The notes beneath the pieces are model-generated. The model saw only the letters and a list, made by a program, of their open reading frames with translations. It was not told the DNA's origin and made no database searches. From a virus (lineage: Duplodnaviria; Caudoviricetes): a stretch of DNA of 36,688 nucleotides. The stretch covers positions 1-36,688 of IMG/VR virus record IMGVR_UViG_3300046786_000925; one strand, written 5' to 3'. The translations under genes and the position numbers were made by a program. Position 1 is the stretch's first letter, and every line of letters starts with the position of its first letter. Positions 1-7,826 of the stretch are shown here, piece by piece.

Positions 1-7
1 GCTTAGT

Positions 8-361
8 ATGGGTAGAAAAGTTGAACCAAAACAAGATTACGCACCGAGAGTTTATAGCTGGCAGTTAGAGCAGATTCCAACTGATGATGAAATTCACGAT
101 AAATTAATTCATGCTTTCCAACAATATTATAAAGCTAATTTGCATTGGATCCAAGCCGGTACTAAACGTTCTGGCCAAGATGCAAGATATTGGTTAAATG
201 AAATTAACATCCTTTCTAAACAACAACGTAAAGTTATTTTAGAATGGCTTAATAAAATTAAAGATAAAACCAATAAAGATAGAAGTTTTAAATCAACTTC
301 TAGAAAACAACGTAAACTTTTACAGATTCAAGGTAGGGTGAACCCATCGGAAGATAACTAA
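8..361 (+). CDS. Small basic protein, possibly histone H1-like Hc1-family DNA-binding protein
   Basis: 117-aa ORF with a Lys/Arg-rich tail. The helical core GTKRSGQDARYWLNEINILSKQQRKVI resembles the Hc1-like G-x-K-x-A-G-x-R-A-R pattern (recalled, not searched). Confidence 0.4.
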   Translation: MGRKVEPKQDYAPRVYSWQLEQIPTDDEIHDKLIHAFQQYYKANLHWIQAGTKRSGQDARYWLNEINILSKQQRKVILEWLNKIKDKTNKDRSFKSTSRKQRKLLQIQGRVNPSEDN

Positions 362-364
362 CTG

Positions 365-883
365 ATGAGTAGCAAATCTAAAAACAAAGGCAATAGTTGG
401 GAAAGAGATGTAGCAAATCATCTTTCTATCTTATATAAATCAAAATTCCTACGTGTTCCTGCATCTGGTGCATTCATCGGTGGTAAAAATAGCGTTAGAA
501 AAGAATTTCTTCACGAAGGTCAAATCCGAATGATGAAAGGCGATATTATTCCACCAGATAAATGGAAATATTTTAACTGTGAATGTAAATCATATGCAGA
601 TTTTCCATTTCATCAACTGATGCAAGGTGAATGTAAACAATTGGAAACTTGGCTATCTCAATTACTTGAAGTAGCCGATGAAGGCGACATGAATATCTTA
701 ATGTTTAAGATAACAAGAAAAGGCAAATTTGTAGCAGTACCACAGGCACCACATTGGCATACTTTACCATATAACTCATACCATTCTATTAAACATGGTA
801 TTTGGCAAATATTTGATTATGATGCATTTTTTGAACATAATCAAAAACTAGTCAAAACACTATGTACCAAAGGCACACTCTAA
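365..883 (+). CDS. Hjc-like Holliday junction resolvase (PD-(D/E)XK nuclease)
   Basis: N-terminal SKNKGNSWERDV, RVPASGA, GDI and ECKSY motifs typical of the Hjc/PD-(D/E)XK resolvase family. Confidence 0.8.
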   Translation: MSSKSKNKGNSWERDVANHLSILYKSKFLRVPASGAFIGGKNSVRKEFLHEGQIRMMKGDIIPPDKWKYFNCECKSYADFPFHQLMQGECKQLETWLSQLLEVADEGDMNILMFKITRKGKFVAVPQAPHWHTLPYNSYHSIKHGIWQIFDYDAFFEHNQKLVKTLCTKGTL

Positions 884-899
884 GGCATCTCTAGGCTCC

Positions 900-1300
900 A
901 CACTTCTGAAATACTCGCACAGGTAGATTGATATGTGCCGTTGGCAATGGAATGTTCTTCGCATTGAGCGCAACAACTGAGCAGAAGCAGTGACTTTTTC
1001 GACTACCTACACCTCGTGTTGTAGATGATGATTGGATACGCCTTCCGTAAAACCAATTTCGAAAATTTGAACAAATGAAAAAAGGCTAAATGACTGGGTA
1101 ATTCCCAGACGTAATAGGAATTTGACTAGAGTATTTTCCTATTGCCACCGTTGGACATCAGAAACAAAAACGCACTTCGAGGTAACGGCCAACCGCCTCT
1201 GTAATAGTGTAACTCTAGGTAATGAAGTAACTCAAATGAGAATTTATTATTTTTTGCTCCCTTCGGGGGGCAAAATGTGTAAATCATAATCTAAATGAGT
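900..1300 (+). ncRNA. Candidate large structured ncRNA with multiple pseudoknots (unassigned family)
   Basis: ORF-free and GC-richer than its flanks. Many complementary segments, e.g. 903-908/982-987, 1094-1098/1104-1108, 1111-1120/1136-1145, and a 1252-1275 hairpin with a cUUCGg tetraloop. Loop-to-distal pairings at 1126-1132/1212-1218, 1040-1044/1082-1086 and 921-926/1003-1008. Strand inferred from the UUCG loop and G-U pairs. Confidence 0.6.
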
Positions 1301-1360
1301 ATAGCACATATACATTACTTTTGATAATAAGAGAACAGTGAAGAGCGATAGCGATGAACA

Positions 1361-1376
1361 GGGGAACATGTTCCCC
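1361..1376. repeat. Perfect 16-bp palindrome GGGGAACATGTTCCCC
   Basis: Directly visible; preceded by the tandem AGCGAT-AGCGAT (1344-1355). Confidence 0.85.
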
Positions 1377-1383
1377 TCCTATG

Positions 1384-1391
1384 AATAAATA
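1384..1391 (+). promoter_or_regulatory. T4 late-promoter-like box (AATAAATA)
   Basis: 7/8 match to TATAAATA, ~20 nt upstream of the ATG at 1413. Confidence 0.5.
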
Positions 1392-1412
1392 TATTATTGA
1401 CGGATTAATAAA

Positions 1413-2477
1413 ATGAAAGTATATGAAATTGTTAGTACAAATAAAGAATTAAATGAAGGACTCAAATCAAAAATATTTGGTGGTGCACTCGATGCAATTA
1501 TGAATGTTCTTGGTAAGGGATCTGCTAAACAACACCTTGATGATTTATCTCGGTTTGTTCGGTCAAATGGGAAGCTTGATATTGATTCAATAAGAAATAC
1601 TAGAAAGTATGGAAATTTTGTTGCTGATAAACTTGAAAGTGACCCTAAATTAGTTAAGCAAATAGAAAAGATAGCAAGTAATAAAATAAGCAATGCTACT
1701 TTTACAAAAAATGTAGCAGAACTTAAAGCAATTACATCTAAAATAAAAACTGCAGCTGGATCTTTACTTTGGGCAATTGATTCTGCAGCACTATTATATA
1801 TTGGATTTAAAGGATTATATGAACCAATTGCAACATATTATAGCAATATTGAAATTGCTGAACAGCGATACTTAGATACTGGTAAATGGACACCTGAAGA
1901 ATTTAATACATATCATAGACGTGAAGCTGGTGCATTGGTTGGTAAATTAACAGCCAATATAGTTGCTTTTACTGCATCCAGAATACCAGGCGCTAGTGTA
2001 AAAACTGTTTTAGTAAGATTATCGAAGATATTAGGTAAAGCTGGTAATATTGGTCCATTAGAAACTATTATTTCTGGTATGAATACAGCTGCTGCTGCTG
2101 CTGCAATACAATGGATTAATAACGAACATAATGCATCAATTATTGCTAATTTGTTAGCGAAACCATTGATATCTGACATATCAGCGAATGATATAGCTGG
2201 TGGTGCTATTACTACAGTAATTGATGCTTTTAAGGGTATTAGCAATCAATCAACCAGTAGTAATATCAGTGGAATTCCATCTAGTAATGCTGCAATTGGA
2301 AATAACAGTAGTACAGAACCAAATAATACTGCATCCACACCAGTTAGTACACAAACACCAGCTGCAACTGGATCGGGATCACCCGCAGCGTATAATCCTG
2401 ATGATTGGGAATATTATACGCCATCCTTGGTTAAAAATAAGAAAACTGGTGAGATTAATTTCAAGCAATCAAATTAA
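1413..2477 (+). CDS. Putative internal head / ejected virion protein
   Basis: N-terminus MKVYEIVSTNKELNE|G resembles T4 capsid-targeting leaders ending in a gp21 (I/L)-x-E site. Contains hydrophobic helices and a Ser/Thr/Pro linker. Confidence 0.45.
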   Translation: MKVYEIVSTNKELNEGLKSKIFGGALDAIMNVLGKGSAKQHLDDLSRFVRSNGKLDIDSIRNTRKYGNFVADKLESDPKLVKQIEKIASNKISNATFTKNVAELKAITSKIKTAAGSLLWAIDSAALLYIGFKGLYEPIATYYSNIEIAEQRYLDTGKWTPEEFNTYHRREAGALVGKLTANIVAFTASRIPGASVKTVLVRLSKILGKAGNIGPLETIISGMNTAAAAAAIQWINNEHNASIIANLLAKPLISDISANDIAGGAITTVIDAFKGISNQSTSSNISGIPSSNAAIGNNSSTEPNNTASTPVSTQTPAATGSGSPAAYNPDDWEYYTPSLVKNKKTGEINFKQSN

Positions 2478-2702
2478 TGGTAGTTGAGTTTTTTTAGTAT
2501 TTTCAATATTTTCTTTAATAATATTGTACATAATATCTCGATCTTCTGAGGTGTATCTATCCATTAAATCATTTACGGATACACCTCCTCTCATATACCA
2601 ACTTACCTTGAAATAATCTTCTTTAAGATGTTTAATTTCTTCATCTAGCCTAACTAGATATTCATTTATTTCTTCAGATGATAATCCAATTAGGCGTTGT
2701 CG
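2469..2702 (-). CDS. gp51-like tail/baseplate assembly chaperone extension; -1 frame continuation of the gp26-like gene (not in the ORF track)
   Basis: 77 open codons RQRLIGLSSEEINEYLVRLDEEIKHLKEDYFKVSWYMRGGVSVNDLMDRYTSEDRDIMYNIIKENIENTKKTQLPLI*. No ATG/GTG/TTG before the internal WYMRGG Met. Begins at a T TTT TTC heptamer. Confidence 0.7.
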   Translation of the reverse strand, partial: RQRLIGLSSEEINEYLVRLDEEIKHLKEDYFKVSWYMRGGVSVNDLMDRYTSEDRDIMYNIIKENIENTKKTQLPLI

Positions 2703-3514
2703 AAAAAATTTGAATAATCTAAATCTATATTAAGAAGTGCGTCTTTACCACACTCGCATTGTACTGACATTGGTGGAATACTCCATTTTTGTTTTGTATT
2801 TTCAATTTGTTTTTTTATAGCATCTGTGATTTCTTTATCACAATTCTCGATCCATTCTAAAATATAACCACGTTCAGATACTGTCATATCAGGAGTTTGA
2901 ACTGAATCAATACTGGCAACATATGAGTCTTTTTGGATCTCAGCCAATTCAATCCATAATGCATTAATTGATTCTTGTTGTTCTTCTTTTGATTCTAGGT
3001 TTTCTACTTGTGATAATTTCTGTCTTAATTCAAAATTCTTGATATTAAAATCAGTAAATTGTTTATAACTAAATGGTTTGGTTTTTATAATTAAATCTCT
3101 AATTACTATTTTATTATCATACTTACATGACATAAAATGATCTATTACGGTTGATAAATCTACGGTATATTCATTTATCTCACCACATGCTTTGCATACA
3201 TGACCAATAGTCATATCATTACCAAATGTTGCAATTTTAATCGCAGCAAAAATTAATTCACTATCCAAGGTTGAAATATCCCACCCATCTTTAATAGATG
3301 GACAACAGCTTTGAATAATTTTCACAGAACTTTCACCTGATAATAATGCATCAGGGGTTTTTGCAATAATTTCGTCCATGCCAGTCATACCATATACTGG
3401 CAATCTATCTGCTGGGCCATCAATTGTCCCAACTCTATTGTAAATTCCTTTACTAGGTAAATCGATGAAAATCTTTGGTTGTCTAAAATAATTCTGTAAT
3501 GGATTTGCTGCCAT
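2690..3514 (-). CDS. g26: T4 gp26-like baseplate hub assembly protein / tail assembly chaperone
   Basis: NPLxxYFRQPKIFIDLPSKG N-terminus, CKAC and CEC Zn-type Cys pairs, C-terminal NFF. SD AGGAG at 3521-3525 (minus strand). Confidence 0.7.
   Translation of the reverse strand: MAANPLQNYFRQPKIFIDLPSKGIYNRVGTIDGPADRLPVYGMTGMDEIIAKTPDALLSGESSVKIIQSCCPSIKDGWDISTLDSELIFAAIKIATFGNDMTIGHVCKACGEINEYTVDLSTVIDHFMSCKYDNKIVIRDLIIKTKPFSYKQFTDFNIKNFELRQKLSQVENLESKEEQQESINALWIELAEIQKDSYVASIDSVQTPDMTVSERGYILEWIENCDKEITDAIKKQIENTKQKWSIPPMSVQCECGKDALLNIDLDYSNFFDNA
2702..2708 (-). other. Putative -1 programmed ribosomal frameshift slippery site (U UUU UUC)
   Basis: X XXY YYZ heptamer in the correct phase, 3 codons before the gp26-like stop. 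The -1 frame stays open for 77 codons. Confidence 0.65.
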
Positions 3515-3525
3515 TAATATCTCCT

Positions 3526-3547
3526 GATAAATATAAGAGTATTTATA
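3526..3547. promoter_or_regulatory. Pair of oppositely oriented late-promoter boxes: GATAAATA (+, 3526-3533) and TATAAATA (-, 3540-3547)
   Basis: Located in the 59-bp gap between divergent genes; the minus-strand copy is a perfect T4 late consensus. Confidence 0.7.
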
Positions 3548-3573
3548 TACTCATATTTTTGGAATTTTTTATT

Positions 3574-5784
3574 ATGGCTGATCAAGAAATAGTCAATAGT
3601 TTTAAGGAAGCATTGAACTCTGTATTTGGTGGAAATTCTTCTACCATGGGTGGGAATAAAAATCCCGCTTCTTCAACGTTAGATGTTAGCAAAATAACTC
3701 AATCATTAATGAACTTGAGTCAATCAATTGTGCCTGTTATTACTGGATTTAATAATCTTAGTAATTCAACTACTGCATTTTCTGACACGATGAAAGCTGC
3801 TGCGAGTAAATTACCGATTGGTGGTGGTGCAGTAAAGACAATAATAGAAGGTCGTGAACTGTCAAATGAAGCGGGTAAACAAGGATTGGCAAATAATAGC
3901 TTTACCGCCCTTAATCACCAAGCTGCCCAAGCTGGTATGACAATTGAGCAATACGCAAAAACCATGCGTGATGCAGAAGGCCGATTGCAGGGATTTGGTA
4001 GAAATGCCAGTGTAGCTGGTGAAAATTTTTCCGATACTGTCAATCGAGCATTAGAAGGTCCTCTTGGACAACAAATGATTGTTGCTGGAATCAATACAAA
4101 TGAAATAGCTAAAAGTACTGCTGTAATGGGTATGGCAACAAAAGCTAATATGAGTGATGCCAAGGAACGTCAAAAATTGGCTGATGCTACTGCGGCGTTT
4201 ACAATACAAATTGATGAAACTGCGAGACTTACCGGTAAAAGTAGAGAATCTATTATAAATGAAATTGATACTAGATTAAAATCTGTTGACAGTCAATTGG
4301 ACCTACAGTTGATGACAGAAGAACAACGTGCCCAATATGCAAAAACACAAGAACAGTTAGCTATTGTTGGTCCTACAATTCAAAATGCAGCCGCAAATAT
4401 TGCCAGTGGTACTAGATTAACTGAAGATACAAAAAAGACATTAATAGCATTAGGACCAGCCGGTGATGAATTCCAACGTGCAATTGCCGCACAACAAAAT
4501 GCAACAACTGCTGCCGAAAAGCAAGCCGCTGATTCGGCGTTGGAAAAAGCAAAAGCTGATATTTTAGCTTATACTAGCTCATATGAATATGCTTACGCGG
4601 CAAAAAACGGTACTACTGAATTGCAAGCCCATATGAAGACTATGAAAGGTGATGTCATTGCAGTTGAAAATCAGCGTAGAGCAGCAAAACAAGAAGCAGA
4701 ATTTACAGGTAAAGACCCAACAAAAGCAATAGAAGCGGCAAAAGCAGAGGTAATTCAAAATCAACAATTGAAAGATGCCCAAGGTAGACAACTTGAGGGG
4801 GCAGTTGTCATGGGAGAACTTAATAAATCTGCTGAAGGCATGAGAAAAACCTCAGTCGGTGCAGCTGGTGCGTTAGATACCTTGAATAAAGAATTAGGAA
4901 AAACTCCAGAAAGATTAAAACCTGTGTCAGATATTTTAAAATCACTTGGTGATTTTAATAAAACTAGTGATCAAAATAGAAAAAATTTCGAAGATCTTAA
5001 AAATATTATAAAACCAACGACAGAAACAAAACCAACTCCTACTGCAGTACCTACTGAATCCAATGGTGTTGGTATAAAACCAAGTGATATAGTTCCAGGA
5101 ACCCCATTGGAAAAAAGACATACTGGATCATTTGGTAAGAAAGGTACTGATATAGAAGATTTTGGTGAAAACACCCCAATGCTTCTTGGCGGTAAAGAAA
5201 CTGTTATGACCGAAGGAAGATATAACGAAATGGTGATGAAACCAAATGAAGTTTTATCACAACTGCCAAAAATGTTTTCTTCAATGACCGAGAGTGTGGG
5301 AAATATAGATTTTTCTAAACAGCTTGAATCATTAAAAGGACAATTAAGCACGGAACCTAGTAAAGAAAATGATTTACCAAGTCAATTCGAATCATTAAAA
5401 GGTGAACTAGTATCACAGCTTTCACCTAAAGACAATACTTCCATTGCTGATCAATTCGAATCATTAAAAGGTGAACTAGTATCACAAACTTCAAAATTTA
5501 CAGAATTCAATCCACCGGATATGTTCAATATTGCTCCGCAGATTACAGCATTAATTGAAAAAATAAAACCTGTTGAACAAAAACCAGAACCAGTAATTGA
5601 AAAACCACCGGTTAAAGAACAAACCGATACCGAAAGTAAACCAGTAACCATAAAAGACCTTCATGATGTGATGTCTGATGTAAATAAGAATATAATGCGT
5701 ATGGTTAACCATACACAATCAATCAGTGATTCGAGTGATAAAGCTGCAAGATATGCAAGTGAATCAACTGGTTCTAGAATATAA
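3574..5784 (+). CDS. Tape measure / baseplate hub-like protein (gp29-like); start revised to ATG 3574 (MADQEIV)
   Basis: Long Ala/Gln/Lys-rich helical protein next to the gp26/gp51-like chaperone gene. The ORF-track start at 3499 overlaps the divergent gene and the promoters. Confidence 0.6.
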   Translation: MADQEIVNSFKEALNSVFGGNSSTMGGNKNPASSTLDVSKITQSLMNLSQSIVPVITGFNNLSNSTTAFSDTMKAAASKLPIGGGAVKTIIEGRELSNEAGKQGLANNSFTALNHQAAQAGMTIEQYAKTMRDAEGRLQGFGRNASVAGENFSDTVNRALEGPLGQQMIVAGINTNEIAKSTAVMGMATKANMSDAKERQKLADATAAFTIQIDETARLTGKSRESIINEIDTRLKSVDSQLDLQLMTEEQRAQYAKTQEQLAIVGPTIQNAAANIASGTRLTEDTKKTLIALGPAGDEFQRAIAAQQNATTAAEKQAADSALEKAKADILAYTSSYEYAYAAKNGTTELQAHMKTMKGDVIAVENQRRAAKQEAEFTGKDPTKAIEAAKAEVIQNQQLKDAQGRQLEGAVVMGELNKSAEGMRKTSVGAAGALDTLNKELGKTPERLKPVSDILKSLGDFNKTSDQNRKNFEDLKNIIKPTTETKPTPTAVPTESNGVGIKPSDIVPGTPLEKRHTGSFGKKGTDIEDFGENTPMLLGGKETVMTEGRYNEMVMKPNEVLSQLPKMFSSMTESVGNIDFSKQLESLKGQLSTEPSKENDLPSQFESLKGELVSQLSPKDNTSIADQFESLKGELVSQTSKFTEFNPPDMFNIAPQITALIEKIKPVEQKPEPVIEKPPVKEQTDTESKPVTIKDLHDVMSDVNKNIMRMVNHTQSISDSSDKAARYASESTGSRI
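5382..5486 (+). repeat. Exact 36-bp direct repeat (5382-5417, 5451-5486) encoding QFESLKGELVS, with a degenerate third copy near 5320
   Basis: Directly visible; 69-bp period, in frame. Confidence 0.9.
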
Positions 5785-5825
5785 GGAAATATAAATGAAT
5801 AAAAATAATAAGAAGGGGTTCAGTC

Positions 5826-7562
5826 ATGACATGGCGTAAATATTTTACCCCAGTAACATCGGGAACTGAGTTAAGTCCAGTGTCTGGAAATACATCGAAA
5901 GCTGGCCCAGCTAGAACTAATTACTCCAGTTATTTACCTGATGTTTATTCTGGTAGCCCAAACAGAATTGAACGATATCAACAATATGAAGTAATGGATA
6001 GTGATCCAGAAGTAAATGCTGCTCTTGATATATTAGCTGAATTTTGTACTCAAAAATTAAAAGATGGAAAAAGTCCATTCACAGTTAAATGGCGTAGTAA
6101 AGCTACAAATTCTGAAGTAAAAATATTGGGTGAATATCTACAACAATGGAATAAATTACAACAATTTGATACTAAAATTTTTAGAATTGTTCGTAATGTT
6201 TACAAATATGGTGATGCCTTTTTTATTAGAGATCCTGAAACACAAAAATGGTCATGGGTAGATCCAAGTAAATTAGTAAAAGTTATCGTAAATGAAAGTG
6301 ATGGTAAAAAACCAGAACAATATATTGTTAAAGATTTAGCTCCTAATTTTGAAAATTTAGTAGTTACACAAATTACTCCAAATATTAACCCAAGACAAGC
6401 GGGTGGTGGAATGACTTCTGGTGCTGGATATATGGGTTCACAATCAGCACAACGCGGGTCATCTGGTCCATATCCAAGTTCAAGTTCTGGTAGTAGATTT
6501 GGATTAGCTGAAACTGAATATGCTATCGATGCAGAACATGTCGTTCATTTATCCTTGTCAGAAGGATTGGATAACAATTATCCATTTGGTAATAGTTTAT
6601 TGGAGAATGTTTATAAAGTTTATAAACAAAAAGAGTTACTAGAAGATGCTATTTTAATTTACCGTATTCAACGTGCTCCCGAACGTCGTGTATTTCATAT
6701 TGATGTTGGTAATATGCCTTCGCATATGGCTATGGCATTTGTTGAAAGAGTTAAAAACGAAATCCATCAACGTAGAATTCCAAGTCAATCAGGTGGCGGA
6801 CAAAATGTAATTGATTCAGCCTATAATCCATTATCAATCAATGAGGATTACTTCTTCCCTATGACAGCGGATGGACGTGGAAGCAAGGTTGATGTATTAC
6901 CTGGTGGTACAAATCTTGGTGAAATTGATGATTTAAAATACTTTACTAATAAGTTATTTCGTGGATTGCGTATACCAAGTTCATACTTACCAACTGGTGC
7001 AGATGATAGTCAAGCGTCGTTCAACGATGGTCGTGTTGGGACTGCATACATTCAAGAATTAAGATTCAACAAATATTGTGAAAGATTGCAATGGTTAATT
7101 ACAGAATCATTTGATTCTGAATTTAAAATGTATATGAATTCATGCGGCGTTAATATTGATTCTAATTTATTTGAATTAAATTTTAACCCACCAATGAATT
7201 TTGCAAGTACACGTCAAAGTGCATTGGATAGTGAACGTATTAATACTTTTAATACTATTCAACAAATTCCATATATGAGCAATCGATTTGCATTAAAACG
7301 TTTCCTTGGATTAACCGATGATGAAATGGCGGATAATGAACGCTTATGGGCAGAAGAAAATGGTAAAGGAATGCCCACTCATACTGATGCAGCTGGTGAA
7401 ATGCGAAGTGCTGGATTATCTGCTGCTGGTATAGAAGGTGATCTAGGGATGGCCGGTGATTTATCCGCTCCTGATGGAATGGAAGGTGATATACCAGTTG
7501 ACATGGCAGGAACGGGTGCACCTCCAGTCGCTAGCGCACCATCTACACCACCTGTGGCATAA
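5826..7562 (+). CDS. g20: Portal vertex protein (T4 gp20-like)
   Basis: LLEDAILIYRIQRAPERRVFHIDVGNMP, EDYFFP, LPGGTNLGEIDDLKYF and ELRFNKYCERLQ are gp20 signature motifs. Confidence 0.95.
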   Translation: MTWRKYFTPVTSGTELSPVSGNTSKAGPARTNYSSYLPDVYSGSPNRIERYQQYEVMDSDPEVNAALDILAEFCTQKLKDGKSPFTVKWRSKATNSEVKILGEYLQQWNKLQQFDTKIFRIVRNVYKYGDAFFIRDPETQKWSWVDPSKLVKVIVNESDGKKPEQYIVKDLAPNFENLVVTQITPNINPRQAGGGMTSGAGYMGSQSAQRGSSGPYPSSSSGSRFGLAETEYAIDAEHVVHLSLSEGLDNNYPFGNSLLENVYKVYKQKELLEDAILIYRIQRAPERRVFHIDVGNMPSHMAMAFVERVKNEIHQRRIPSQSGGGQNVIDSAYNPLSINEDYFFPMTADGRGSKVDVLPGGTNLGEIDDLKYFTNKLFRGLRIPSSYLPTGADDSQASFNDGRVGTAYIQELRFNKYCERLQWLITESFDSEFKMYMNSCGVNIDSNLFELNFNPPMNFASTRQSALDSERINTFNTIQQIPYMSNRFALKRFLGLTDDEMADNERLWAEENGKGMPTHTDAAGEMRSAGLSAAGIEGDLGMAGDLSAPDGMEGDIPVDMAGTGAPPVASAPSTPPVA

Positions 7563-7565
7563 ATA
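7558..7565 (+). promoter_or_regulatory. Late-promoter-like box CATAAATA overlapping the portal stop codon
   Basis: 4 nt upstream of ATG 7570, with no SD in between. Confidence 0.5.
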
Positions 7566-7569
7566 CAAT

Positions 7570-7812
7570 ATGATTTTAAGAGAACTATTTTATATTGATC
7601 CAGATACTAGACACGTAGCGAATGACTTACGTTATAGCCCAGATCGTGATATTACTACTATGCATCGTAATGACACTCGAAAAACTCGTTTGTCATTACG
7701 ACAGCTTAATGAATTACGAAAAGGCAGTGAAGCACATTTATTAGAACAAGAACGCGAGTTGGAATTTATACATGATATGTATGCTACACCACCTCCAGCT
7801 TCGCCTATGTAA
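7570..7812 (+). CDS. Small head-module protein (positional gp67/gp68 analogue); start revised to 7570 (MILRELF)
   Basis: 80-aa ORF between portal and core protein, containing DTRKTRLSLRQLNELRK. The longer start would overlap the portal gene. Confidence 0.65.
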   Translation: MILRELFYIDPDTRHVANDLRYSPDRDITTMHRNDTRKTRLSLRQLNELRKGSEAHLLEQERELEFIHDMYATPPPASPM

Positions 7813-7826
7813 ATATTTTAAAAAAA

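Noticed and set aside
884-1412. Group I/II intron, RNase P RNA, tmRNA or tRNA cluster
   Set aside because: The region is intergenic between two intact ORFs. I could not find group I P7 (R/S) consensus pairs, group II domain V, RNase P GAGGAAAGUCC, tRNA-like ends or T-loops.
3499-3573. N-terminal extension of the tape-measure-like ORF given in the ORF track
   Set aside because: It overlaps the divergent gene start and both promoter boxes, so ATG 3574 is more plausible. Similar over-extensions were rejected at 7456, 7900 and 34401.
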